A DNA stretch of 38,158 nucleotides from Candidatus Vogelbacteria bacterium (GCA_016215345.1 JACRKD010000043.1:1-38158); one strand, 5' to 3'; shown: positions 27,236-34,936, numbered from the stretch's first letter. Made by a program: numbers and translations. The notes: a model not told the origin generated them from the letters alone.

Positions 27236-27344
27236 GCTTTTAATACCGAAGTTGTTTTTAATTTTCTATGTGTTAGTTTATATTCGGCATTGGTTCCTTG
27301 ATTTGGCGAATTTTCAACGACAACAAGCGACGAAAGGTGGCGCG

Positions 27345-28043
27345 ATGAATAAACTAACAAGTGTTACTCTCGCGGGCATTGACTGTATAAACGTTGAAAG
27401 GCTACAAAGAGCGCTCAACATTTCTTCTCAGGGTCTAGAATTTGCCAAGATAAAACTTCTGACATCACTTAGAACCAAGGACTCTAGGAGAATTAGGGTC
27501 CCGCGCATAGGTTCAATCGAATCTTTTTCTAGGTTTTGCGTTCACGATCTATATCGGTACATAGATACCAGATTTGTTCTTTTGGTCCAGTATGACGGAT
27601 TCGTGATCAATCCAGATTCTTGGAGCGATGAGTTCTTGGAGTATGACTATATTGGTGCTCCGTGGCTTGTGTCTAGTTGGTCTGTGAGACGCCATGATTT
27701 TCCTACAGGTTTGGTTGGGAGGCTTGTCGTCGGCAATGGAGGTTTTTCTCTGAGAAGCAAGAGATTTATCGAAGCTTCTGCTAGACTTGCGAGAGAGGGA
27801 GTTTTCTCGCGATGTCACCCTGAAGATGTAGCCCTGTGCGTGTGGTACAGGGAACGACTTGAGAAAGAAGGACTAAAATTCGCCCCGCCAAGTGTTGCCG
27901 TCCGATTCAGCATCGAGGGCGACAATAGCTATGGTTATAAAAACCAGTTCGGTTTCCATGACTATTCACACCGTTTCAGGAAGCCCTATCTTCGAAAACT
28001 TATGAGTAAACACCCAGAATGGGGTATGACGACTGGCCGATAA
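27345..28043 (+). CDS. DUF5672-like protein
   Basis: ATG at 27345 is preceded by AAAGGTGG. The ORF-track extension to 27144 runs through hairpins and begins at TTG inside the previous stop codon. LLVQYDGFVINPDSW, YDYIGAPW and GNGGFSLRS are, as I recall, typical of DUF5672. Confidence 0.7.
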   Translation: MNKLTSVTLAGIDCINVERLQRALNISSQGLEFAKIKLLTSLRTKDSRRIRVPRIGSIESFSRFCVHDLYRYIDTRFVLLVQYDGFVINPDSWSDEFLEYDYIGAPWLVSSWSVRRHDFPTGLVGRLVVGNGGFSLRSKRFIEASARLAREGVFSRCHPEDVALCVWYRERLEKEGLKFAPPSVAVRFSIEGDNSYGYKNQFGFHDYSHRFRKPYLRKLMSKHPEWGMTTGR

Positions 28044-28064
28044 ATCGGCCGAAAGAGGTTCTCA

Positions 28065-28355
28065 ATGTCCAAAGATTGTCAACCTGCGGAATCAGTCTCG
28101 AGGGCTGAAGTGGAAATTCTTTGTCCAGGAGGAAGATCGTGTCACGATGTCACTTCGCTCGAGGATTATCCGAAACTATGGGTGGGGCGGCGGATAACGT
28201 GCGGTTACTGTGCGTGTATGTTCAAGCCTCGCGTCAATTATCCGGTCGCGACTCTCCCGTGTACCGGCGGAAGATATGAGTACGTTTATAGCCTTGCTTG
28301 TCCAGGTTGCAAAACCACCCTCCTTCTCGATCCAGAGTGCTTCGTTGTATCTTAA
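28065..28355 (+). CDS. Small Cys-rich hypothetical protein (putative zinc ribbon)
   Basis: 96 aa. AAGAGG RBS upstream, CGYC and CPGC pairs plus further Cys residues, and a terminator downstream. Confidence 0.55.
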   Translation: MSKDCQPAESVSRAEVEILCPGGRSCHDVTSLEDYPKLWVGRRITCGYCACMFKPRVNYPVATLPCTGGRYEYVYSLACPGCKTTLLLDPECFVVS

Positions 28356-28367
28356 GCAGTTTACTGT

Positions 28368-28392
28368 GCCCGATTGATTTCGGGCCTTTTTA
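28368..28392. terminator. Weak hairpin terminator between convergent genes
   Basis: GCCCG (28368-28372) pairs with CGGGC (28381-28385), then CTTTTTA. Confidence 0.5.
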
Positions 28393-28394
28393 AC

Positions 28395-29819
28395 TTAAAT
28401 TTTATAAATTTTAGTTTCTCCATCTATATCCTCCACTCTGTAGCCGAGGGCTTCGATATTTCGTCTTAATTTATCTGATTTCTGCCAGTCTTTTTTTTGT
28501 CGGGCAACGTCTCGTTCAAGCTTTATCCTATCAACTATTTCCGGAAGTTTGCTGTCTTGCGTCATAAGTTCGGAAAGATTGGTTGCGTACTTTTTTATAT
28601 CTAACCCCAGAACTTCATCAAACTTATACAGGGTCGCTAGTTTTGTCGAGCTGTCGACGCTGTCATTTTTTACTAATTCCCAAACTACCGCAAGCGCTTT
28701 GGGCATATTGAGATCGTCATTTATGGCCTCAAGGAACTTATCGCCCCACTCGGTACTCAATTTAGGCCGGTCGTCTTCATTTGGCAACATTTTGGCTACA
28801 GTTTTGTAGAGTTTGCTTAGGGCTTCCTTGGAACTCTCTATGGCTTCCCATGTGAAGTTCATGGGTTGTCGATAGTGTGTATTGAAAGTGAGGTAGCGAA
28901 AAACTAATGGATCAAAACCCTTATCGGTAATGTCTGATATTTTATATGCGTTCCCCAAGGATTTTCCCATCTTTTTGCCGTCAACCATTAAGAACCCGCC
29001 ATGGAGCCAGTAGTTAACGGTTTTGTGTCCATAGATAGCTTCGTTTTGAGCTATTTCGTTTGTGTGATGGACTGGAATTAAGTCCACCGCTCCCGCATGC
29101 ATATCGAAAGGTTCATCGAGGTACTTAATACTCATAGCCGAACACTCGATGTGCCAGCCGGGGAAACCAATTCCCCAAGGTGGTTCCCATTCCATATGTC
29201 TATTCTCGTTTTTCGGCGAGAATTTCCAAAGCGCGAAGTCCGTGATATTTTTTTTCTCTGGATTGGCTTCGACGCGCGCGCCTTCTTTTAGTCCCTTAAT
29301 GTCTAGTGTGGCGAGTTTTCCATAATCCTTCTGTTTGCTTGTGTCAAAGTATATTCCATCCGATGTCTTATAGGTAAAACCTTTTTCTTCGAGTGTTTTA
29401 ATCATCTCAATTTGTTCTGGTATATGGTCTGTCGCTCGGCATGATATCGTTGGCCGTTTTATGTTCAATTTGTCGCTTTCTGCCCAGTATAATTTTGTGA
29501 AGTAGTCGGCAACCTCTCTGGCCGTTTTCCCTTCTCGTCTAGCTCCCTTTTCCAATTTATCTTCGCCGGTATCTTCGTCGCTTACGAGGTGGCCCACGTC
29601 AGTTATATTTTGAACATACTTAACTTTATATCCGTTATAGCTAAAAATTCTGTTTATTAAGTCTCCGAATATATAGGTTCTGTAGTTGCCGATTGTCGCG
29701 TAGTCGTAAACTGTTGGACCGCATAAATACAGTCCAACCTTACCGTCTTTAATTGGCGCGAACTTCTCTGTTTCCCGAGAAAGCGTATTAAATAATTTTA
29801 TATTCGGTTTTATATCCAT
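28395..29819 (-). CDS. cysS: Cysteinyl-tRNA synthetase
   Basis: 474 aa. Contains CGPTVYDYATIGNYR (the HIGH-region equivalent), KMGKSLGN (KMSKS), and the anticodon-binding and DALR-like C-terminal regions. Confidence 0.95.
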   Translation of the reverse strand: MDIKPNIKLFNTLSRETEKFAPIKDGKVGLYLCGPTVYDYATIGNYRTYIFGDLINRIFSYNGYKVKYVQNITDVGHLVSDEDTGEDKLEKGARREGKTAREVADYFTKLYWAESDKLNIKRPTISCRATDHIPEQIEMIKTLEEKGFTYKTSDGIYFDTSKQKDYGKLATLDIKGLKEGARVEANPEKKNITDFALWKFSPKNENRHMEWEPPWGIGFPGWHIECSAMSIKYLDEPFDMHAGAVDLIPVHHTNEIAQNEAIYGHKTVNYWLHGGFLMVDGKKMGKSLGNAYKISDITDKGFDPLVFRYLTFNTHYRQPMNFTWEAIESSKEALSKLYKTVAKMLPNEDDRPKLSTEWGDKFLEAINDDLNMPKALAVVWELVKNDSVDSSTKLATLYKFDEVLGLDIKKYATNLSELMTQDSKLPEIVDRIKLERDVARQKKDWQKSDKLRRNIEALGYRVEDIDGETKIYKI

Positions 29820-30724
29820 CGTCTATGTCTGAAGAAGAGGAGCATGATAATAGTTGTTGTTCCCATTATCGATAAGACGACCCAAAACTGGTTTTCCACT
29901 CCGGAGAGGGGGTTCCCCTCTGACTTCATGTCTAGTATCCCAACCATGAGCGCGAGCGGGAACGTGAGGAAAGACATGATTGTCAGATTTTTCATTATGC
30001 TGTTAGTTTTTGCGGAGAAGAGTGAGTCGTTTGTCTCCCTAAGATCGGTTACGGTTTCTTTATTGCTTTCCAGCCTTCCCCAGATTCTCTGATATTCTCC
30101 TATCGTTGCCTGAATATAGTGTTTGAATTTTGGCGCGAAGAAGCTTTCCGGCGCAATCTCCAGCGAATTTAGAATTTCTTTGTGAATTTGAATTGGGTGC
30201 TTAAAGTCTATCAAGGTCTTATTGATACTGGACAGCGCCTCAACCATCTCTAGCTCCCTGCCGGCAAAAATCTTCTTTTCGACATCTCGTAGCATATTGG
30301 ATATCGCGTCCATCTCCCGCTCCATATTTTCGTAAAGCGCCTTAAGAATGAGATAGAGAAGGATGCCCGCGTTGTCGAGATTGTCGAATCTGTTTAGTAT
30401 CGCATTTGTTTCAAAGGCTTTAGAGAAGTCGTAGAGTGCGTTTACTGATTCATAATGGGCCGTAACTATAAAATTCTTGCCAACGATAAAGTCTATCTCT
30501 TGAAGTGACTCCTTGTCTTTGTTGGTCGTGTATTTGGGAAAATGTAAGATCAAATACATAAAGTTGGGGTACAAGTCTACCTTGGCTCGCTCACTTGGCT
30601 TAAGAAGCTCACTCTCAATAAGGGGGTGTATATCATACTCATCAACTATGGAAGCAATCTCCTCGCCACTTGGAGACTCGAGGTCTACCCAGTCGAGATT
30701 CTTATGTTGGTGTCTAGAAATCAT
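29810..30724 (-). CDS. CorA-superfamily divalent-cation transporter-like protein with a non-canonical pore motif
   Basis: 304 aa. Has the CorA-like cytoplasmic domain and two C-terminal TM segments. The loop reads GILDMKSEG where CorA has G(I/V)YGMNF. Confidence 0.7.
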   Translation of the reverse strand: MISRHQHKNLDWVDLESPSGEEIASIVDEYDIHPLIESELLKPSERAKVDLYPNFMYLILHFPKYTTNKDKESLQEIDFIVGKNFIVTAHYESVNALYDFSKAFETNAILNRFDNLDNAGILLYLILKALYENMEREMDAISNMLRDVEKKIFAGRELEMVEALSSINKTLIDFKHPIQIHKEILNSLEIAPESFFAPKFKHYIQATIGEYQRIWGRLESNKETVTDLRETNDSLFSAKTNSIMKNLTIMSFLTFPLALMVGILDMKSEGNPLSGVENQFWVVLSIMGTTTIIMLLFFRHRRWI

Positions 30725-30806
30725 AAGAGGATTATATCACCCTTCTCGCCCATTGTCATAGTTATACTGTGCGAGGCTAAGTTTCTCACAGTATTGTTAC
30801 AAAAAA

Positions 30807-30856
30807 GTTTTGACTTTACAAAACTAGGCGGTCGCCTGTAATTGTAAAGTCAAAAC
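30807..30856. repeat. Hairpin X2: 15 bp perfect inverted repeat with a 20 nt spacer
   Basis: GTTTTGACTTTACAA (30807-30821) pairs with TTGTAAAGTCAAAAC (30842-30856). The spacer holds the GC-rich palindrome AGGCG-GT-CGCCT (30826-30837). It lies in a divergent intergenic region. Confidence 0.85.
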
Positions 30857-30961
30857 AAGTGCGCGCGCGTATCTTGTTTTTGGTATTGTCTTTGTTGTAT
30901 AACTAGCCGAGAGTCCTTTTTAATTTAATTATGGCGCCCAAAATGGGCGGGGAGATGGAAA

Positions 30962-31624
30962 ATGAGAAAAATTGTTCTGGGCTTGCTTGGTTGTTTCTTT
31001 TTCTTTGGCCTATCTTTTACAGCCGAGCCGATTGGAAAAGCTATCTTTTCGGACTTGCTTAGCGCCAATCGAACTGGCACCACAGAAGATCTTAAGTGGA
31101 AATACCAGACTCTTGGGCCGGTTGCGGTGGTTCTCTACTGTTCGGACCCTAGTGAGGATCCGAGCGCTCTTTTCAGCCAAGACAAGGATCAGTTGGTGAT
31201 AGTAAGAATCGCTGGCAACATGATTTCTATCGCCGGAACTTTTGCCGATAGCGTTGAAATCGGTAGTATCGAATACGCCGTCCATTATCAAGGGGTGCCA
31301 CTCGTTGTCGTGATGGGGCACAGTAATTGTTCCGTTGTAGGTAATGTTTTGGATCTCGCCGCGAGTGACACTAATGCTCCCGCTGGCAATATGAACTCTG
31401 TCTTCCAGGTGATTCGTCCAGCAGTTACGCTGGCTATGATTTTTGGTGACCATCGCGATAGAGAGTTGCGTCTTGCCATTGATGAAAACGTGAGGAACAT
31501 GGTTTTGCGTCTGAAGAGGTCGCGCTATATGTTGGGGAAACTTGTGGATGCGGGCAAGCTGACAATCGTGGGATGTGTCTATAATCTTGACAATGGATTG
31601 GTTGAGGTCATTAACACCAGGTAG
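30962..31624 (+). CDS. Secreted or lipoprotein beta-class carbonic-anhydrase-like protein
   Basis: 220 aa. The N-terminal signal has LLGC (lipobox-like). CSDPS sits where beta-CA has CxDSR, and VVMGHSNCS matches the GHxxC zinc ligands. The antisense 213 aa ORF (31010-31651) was judged spurious. Confidence 0.6.
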   Translation: MRKIVLGLLGCFFFFGLSFTAEPIGKAIFSDLLSANRTGTTEDLKWKYQTLGPVAVVLYCSDPSEDPSALFSQDKDQLVIVRIAGNMISIAGTFADSVEIGSIEYAVHYQGVPLVVVMGHSNCSVVGNVLDLAASDTNAPAGNMNSVFQVIRPAVTLAMIFGDHRDRELRLAIDENVRNMVLRLKRSRYMLGKLVDAGKLTIVGCVYNLDNGLVEVINTR

Positions 31625-31643
31625 GCCAGCATGCGAAACATCA

Positions 31644-31666
31644 GCGCACAAGACTACCTTGTGTGC
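31644..31666 (+). repeat. Conserved hairpin, copy B (GCGCACAAG-ACTAC-CTTGTGTGC)
   Basis: 9 bp stem with one G-U pair and loop ACTAC, starting 20 nt after the stop codon. It shares an 18-mer with copy A. Confidence 0.8.
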
Positions 31667-31669
31667 CGT

Positions 31670-31697
31670 CCGACGAGAGTAGTCTCGTCGGTTTTTT
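31670..31697 (+). terminator. Intrinsic terminator
   Basis: CCGACGAGA pairs with TCTCGTCGG (9 bp), loop GTAG, then TTTTTT. Confidence 0.85.
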
Positions 31698-31736
31698 AAT
31701 TGGGAGAATTTTGGTATACTGCTTTGTATACAAGGA

Positions 31737-33863
31737 ATGAAAAATAGATTGGAAGAATTAAATAAGGAGGTTGAGATAGAGATTGAGTCTATACGCGACA
31801 GGATTATTGCGAAGCGAATATCTGCCGGATATTTGCCTTTTTCTTCCTATTTCATATCAGAAATTAAGAATAAAATTATTGCTGTAAATTCAGGGGTAGA
31901 CAAGGTTTTGGGACTGGAGGTCGAATTTATCGATAGGGCGCAGTTTGGGGCGGATTTAACGGTTAAGATTCCTAAGCTCTTGAAAGAACTCGGTCCCGGA
32001 AGATATATAAAAGAGGTTCTACCGGTTCTCATTTCTAATATTAGGAAATTGCCGGAAGAGGATGTTTTATCGGTCGATACTAAGGGAATCTATGTAAATT
32101 TGAAATTAAGCGATGGTTTTTTATTCCAGTCTGTCCTTTCGGCAGTTGGGATCGGTAATAAATATGGCGAAAGCGACTTTGGCAAGAAAAAATCTATCGT
32201 TGTCGATTACTCAAGTCCGAACGTTGCCAAGCATCTTCACGCCGGCCATATTCGCTCGACAATTATAGGGGAAGTTCTTTCTAATATTTATGAGGCCACA
32301 GGATATACTGTGCATCGATTGAACTATATTAATGACTGGGGAGGGGTAGGGTATTTAATTGAGGGATACTTCCGTTGGGCAGAAAAGATTTCAACCCTTG
32401 AGGCTGGTAAACAAGAGCAAGAAGATTCAATCTTGCGAAGGTTGAACCTTCTTTCTTTTATCTACCAAATGTATAGAAAGGGCGAAAGGGTCTATAAAAG
32501 CGAGGAGGTTTATAATACCTTGATGCCAAGCGACTCGGATGAACTCGCAAGCTTTTATGGAGATTTCGCTTCGTTTCTTGGTTTCCGGGAAAAGTTTTTA
32601 GAATTTAAACAGGCTGCTGATGGGCGTTTCGAACATCTGGAGAATGGCGAGAAACTGGAACTCGATTTATGGAAAGAGATGCGAGCGTGGAGCATGGAAG
32701 AGTTCAATAAGTTTTACAATCTTATAAACATCCATCAAGATTATTTAGTCGGTGAAAGTTTCTATGCCAAGAGGGGTGATAGGCTTATCGCTGAAAAAGT
32801 TACCGCTGGCGAAGTTGTTTTATTCACTGATAGCCTGGCCGAGAGAGAGATTGGTTTGCTTACAACTAGGTTCGAGGTCGGAGAGATTACCAGTACGGTT
32901 TTTGACAAGCTGAAAGATGAGGTCATTAGGGATGTAGGGGCTTACGTTGTTCTTCTGCCCGGCAGCAAGAGGATGGTTGTGAGAAAGGCTTCCGGAGGGA
33001 CTATCTATGCTACAAGGGATTTGGCGGGGATAGAGCATAGGGTTGCGACCTTTAACCCGGAAAAGATGGTCTATGAAGTTGGGGAGGAACAGGCCGGATA
33101 TTTCCGCGATCTTTTCTTGGCTGCCGATGTTTTGAATCTGACCGAAAATAAAAAGGTGGCGCTTACGCACGCTGCTCATGGTCTGTATGTCGATGCTGAA
33201 ACCGGCAAGAAATTATCCAGCAGGGAAGGCGTGGAGGGTGTGATAAGCCTGATCGAAAAGTCTATACACTATTTTCGAGGTAAATACGAAACCAGGGCAG
33301 GAGCAGAAAAAGAAACTTCTGCTCCTGCCCTGGTAGATAATATTCTATCGCTTTCAGACGAGGATAAGGACGCTAATTCTGTAAAATTAGCGGTTGGTTC
33401 CATCGCCTTTAACGACATAAAACAGGAAAAAAGATTTTCGTTGTCGCTCTATAAAGATGCCGAGAAGAATATAAAAATGTTCGAGGAGTCCGGGGGGGCG
33501 TACGTTATGTATTCTTTGGCTCGCGCCAGAAGTATTTTGAGGAAAGTTGGCGATGGATCCTTGGACGATGAAATAAAGAAGCTAAATGGCGACCTCAAAG
33601 AAGATGAGATAATAATAATAAAACTCATTTCGGATTTTCCGAGAATAATTCTCCGCGCGGGGAATGAAGATAATCCCGCGGTTCTTGCCGAGTTTCTTCT
33701 TACACTCTCGAATAAATATAACGGCTACTACGAAAAGTATCGAGTCCTTAACGCGTCGGGCGCGATGGAACATCCATACATGCTTTCAATACACAAAGCT
33801 GTTATTTTGGTTTTACAAAAAGGCTTGAAGCTTTGTCACGCCGATCCGCCTGAGATTATTTAG
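31737..33863 (+). CDS. argS: Arginyl-tRNA synthetase (unusually long, 708 aa)
   Basis: Contains SSPNVAKHLHAGHIRSTIIGE (HIGH region), KLSSREG (KMSKS equivalent) and the DALR anticodon-binding C-terminus. Confidence 0.9.
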   Translation: MKNRLEELNKEVEIEIESIRDRIIAKRISAGYLPFSSYFISEIKNKIIAVNSGVDKVLGLEVEFIDRAQFGADLTVKIPKLLKELGPGRYIKEVLPVLISNIRKLPEEDVLSVDTKGIYVNLKLSDGFLFQSVLSAVGIGNKYGESDFGKKKSIVVDYSSPNVAKHLHAGHIRSTIIGEVLSNIYEATGYTVHRLNYINDWGGVGYLIEGYFRWAEKISTLEAGKQEQEDSILRRLNLLSFIYQMYRKGERVYKSEEVYNTLMPSDSDELASFYGDFASFLGFREKFLEFKQAADGRFEHLENGEKLELDLWKEMRAWSMEEFNKFYNLINIHQDYLVGESFYAKRGDRLIAEKVTAGEVVLFTDSLAEREIGLLTTRFEVGEITSTVFDKLKDEVIRDVGAYVVLLPGSKRMVVRKASGGTIYATRDLAGIEHRVATFNPEKMVYEVGEEQAGYFRDLFLAADVLNLTENKKVALTHAAHGLYVDAETGKKLSSREGVEGVISLIEKSIHYFRGKYETRAGAEKETSAPALVDNILSLSDEDKDANSVKLAVGSIAFNDIKQEKRFSLSLYKDAEKNIKMFEESGGAYVMYSLARARSILRKVGDGSLDDEIKKLNGDLKEDEIIIIKLISDFPRIILRAGNEDNPAVLAEFLLTLSNKYNGYYEKYRVLNASGAMEHPYMLSIHKAVILVLQKGLKLCHADPPEII
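32437..32451. repeat. 15 nt palindrome GAAGGTTGAACCTTC inside argS
   Basis: It is the exact reverse complement of 12804-12818 in the FemAB-family gene. The related palindrome AAGATTCAATCTT lies adjacent at 32422-32434. Confidence 0.8.
33291..33334. repeat. 16 bp perfect GC-rich inverted repeat inside argS
   Basis: ACCAGGGCAGGAGCAG (33291-33306) pairs with CTGCTCCTGCCCTGGT (33319-33334) across a 12 nt loop AAAAAGAAACTT. It is read in frame as TRAGAEKETSAPALV. Confidence 0.9.
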
Positions 33864-33878
33864 CAAATAGCGTTTAAT

Positions 33879-34910
33879 ATGTCAGAAGTTTTATATAGGA
33901 AATATCGTCCCCAAAAGTTCGGAGATGTATTGGGGCAGGATAATATCGTTAGGACGCTCAAGGGAGGGATTGAGCAGGGGCGTGTTTCTCATGCTTATCT
34001 TTTTGCCGGACCAAGAGGGACAGGAAAAACCTCTATGGCGAGAATTTTGGCTCATGAGCTAAAGGTACACGATAACGATATTTATGAAATGGACGCGGCT
34101 TCTAATAACGGCGTAGATGAAATCCGGATGCTTCAGGAGGGGATCAGGACCTTGCCATTTGAATCTAAGGTGAAGGTTTATATAGTCGATGAAGTTCACA
34201 TGCTTTCTAAGGGCGCCTTTAACGCCTTGTTGAAAACACTCGAAGAACCACCCTCATACGTTGTTTTCATTCTTGCGACCACCGAACTTCACAAGGTTCC
34301 GGAAACTGTGATTTCCAGGTGCCAGACATTTCAGTTTAAGAAACCGGCCCACGATATCCTTCGGAAAATGGTAATTTCAGTTGCCAAGAAAGAGGGGGTT
34401 GAGATCGGAGAAGATTCGGCTGATCTTATCGCGCTCTTGGGCGACGGGTCCTTTAGAGATACTCATGGGATTCTTCAGAAAGTGATCGGAGTCTCCAAAA
34501 ATAAGAAGATAAGTTTAGAGGAGGTTGAGGATGTAACCGGCGCGCCCAAAATGGAAATTGTTCACGGAATAATTGAAAATATTTTAGATAAAGACTTAAA
34601 CAAATCTCTTTCTTTTGTCCGCGAAGCATCGAGGGCGAATATTGATCAGGGAGTTCTAATAAAAATGATTCTTCACGGTTTCCGGCAGATTATTTTGTTT
34701 AGATTCGCGCCGGACATAAGAAGGCGTTTGGAGGAAGATCTATCTGCGCCCGAGGCGAAGTTCTTTGTTCTGTGCACTAATCATAAAAACTCCGCAAGTC
34801 TTTCTCTTGTTCTTCGCGAGCTTCTTACTGCTTACGAGGAAACCAGGACTTCATATATCGGCGAGCTTCCACTTGAGCTTGCACTAATAAAACTCGCCGG
34901 AGCGAATTGA
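33879..34910 (+). CDS. dnaX: DNA polymerase III gamma/tau-type clamp-loader ATPase (short, 343 aa)
   Basis: Contains YRPQKFGDVLGQ, GPRGTGKTS (Walker A), DEVHMLS (Walker B) and SRCQTFQF (sensor). Confidence 0.9.
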   Translation: MSEVLYRKYRPQKFGDVLGQDNIVRTLKGGIEQGRVSHAYLFAGPRGTGKTSMARILAHELKVHDNDIYEMDAASNNGVDEIRMLQEGIRTLPFESKVKVYIVDEVHMLSKGAFNALLKTLEEPPSYVVFILATTELHKVPETVISRCQTFQFKKPAHDILRKMVISVAKKEGVEIGEDSADLIALLGDGSFRDTHGILQKVIGVSKNKKISLEEVEDVTGAPKMEIVHGIIENILDKDLNKSLSFVREASRANIDQGVLIKMILHGFRQIILFRFAPDIRRRLEEDLSAPEAKFFVLCTNHKNSASLSLVLRELLTAYEETRTSYIGELPLELALIKLAGAN

Positions 34911-34936
34911 GACTAATACACAAGGTAGTCTCGTGC
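34909..34936 (-). repeat. Conserved hairpin, copy C (inverted relative to A and B)
   Basis: The reverse complement of 34918-34931 is AGACTACCTTGTGT, the 14-mer shared with A and B. On the minus strand it folds as CACGAG-ACTAC-CTTGTG. On the plus strand GAGACTA (34909-34915) pairs with TAGTCTC (34926-34932). It overlaps the dnaX stop codon. Confidence 0.65.

Noticed and set aside
27144-27344. 5' extension of the DUF5672-like ORF in the ORF track (start at 27144).
   Set aside because: It begins at a TTG overlapping the previous stop codon, is translated through two strong hairpins (A and X1), and lacks an RBS. ATG at 27345 has AAAGGTGG upstream, and the family-like sequence begins there.
30807-30856. 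X2 as an integron attC site.
   Set aside because: attC sites begin with RYYYAAC and end with GTTRRRY. X2 has the opposite arrangement (GTTTTGAC...GTCAAAAC). It is perfectly paired, without extrahelical bases, and no intI gene or cassette array is present.
31010-31651. 213 aa minus-strand ORF of nearly the same size as the plus-strand ORF 30962-31624.
   Set aside because: The plus-strand reading has a signal peptide, an RBS, beta-CA zinc-ligand motifs and a downstream terminator. The minus-strand reading has none of these and would run through hairpin B.
33371-33392. 8 bp inverted repeat CGCTAATT/AATTAGCG in argS, and several other 6-8 bp palindromes (for example 566-581 and 32955-32965).
   Set aside because: Stems of this length are expected several times by chance in 38 kb, and I saw no recurrence of these sequences.
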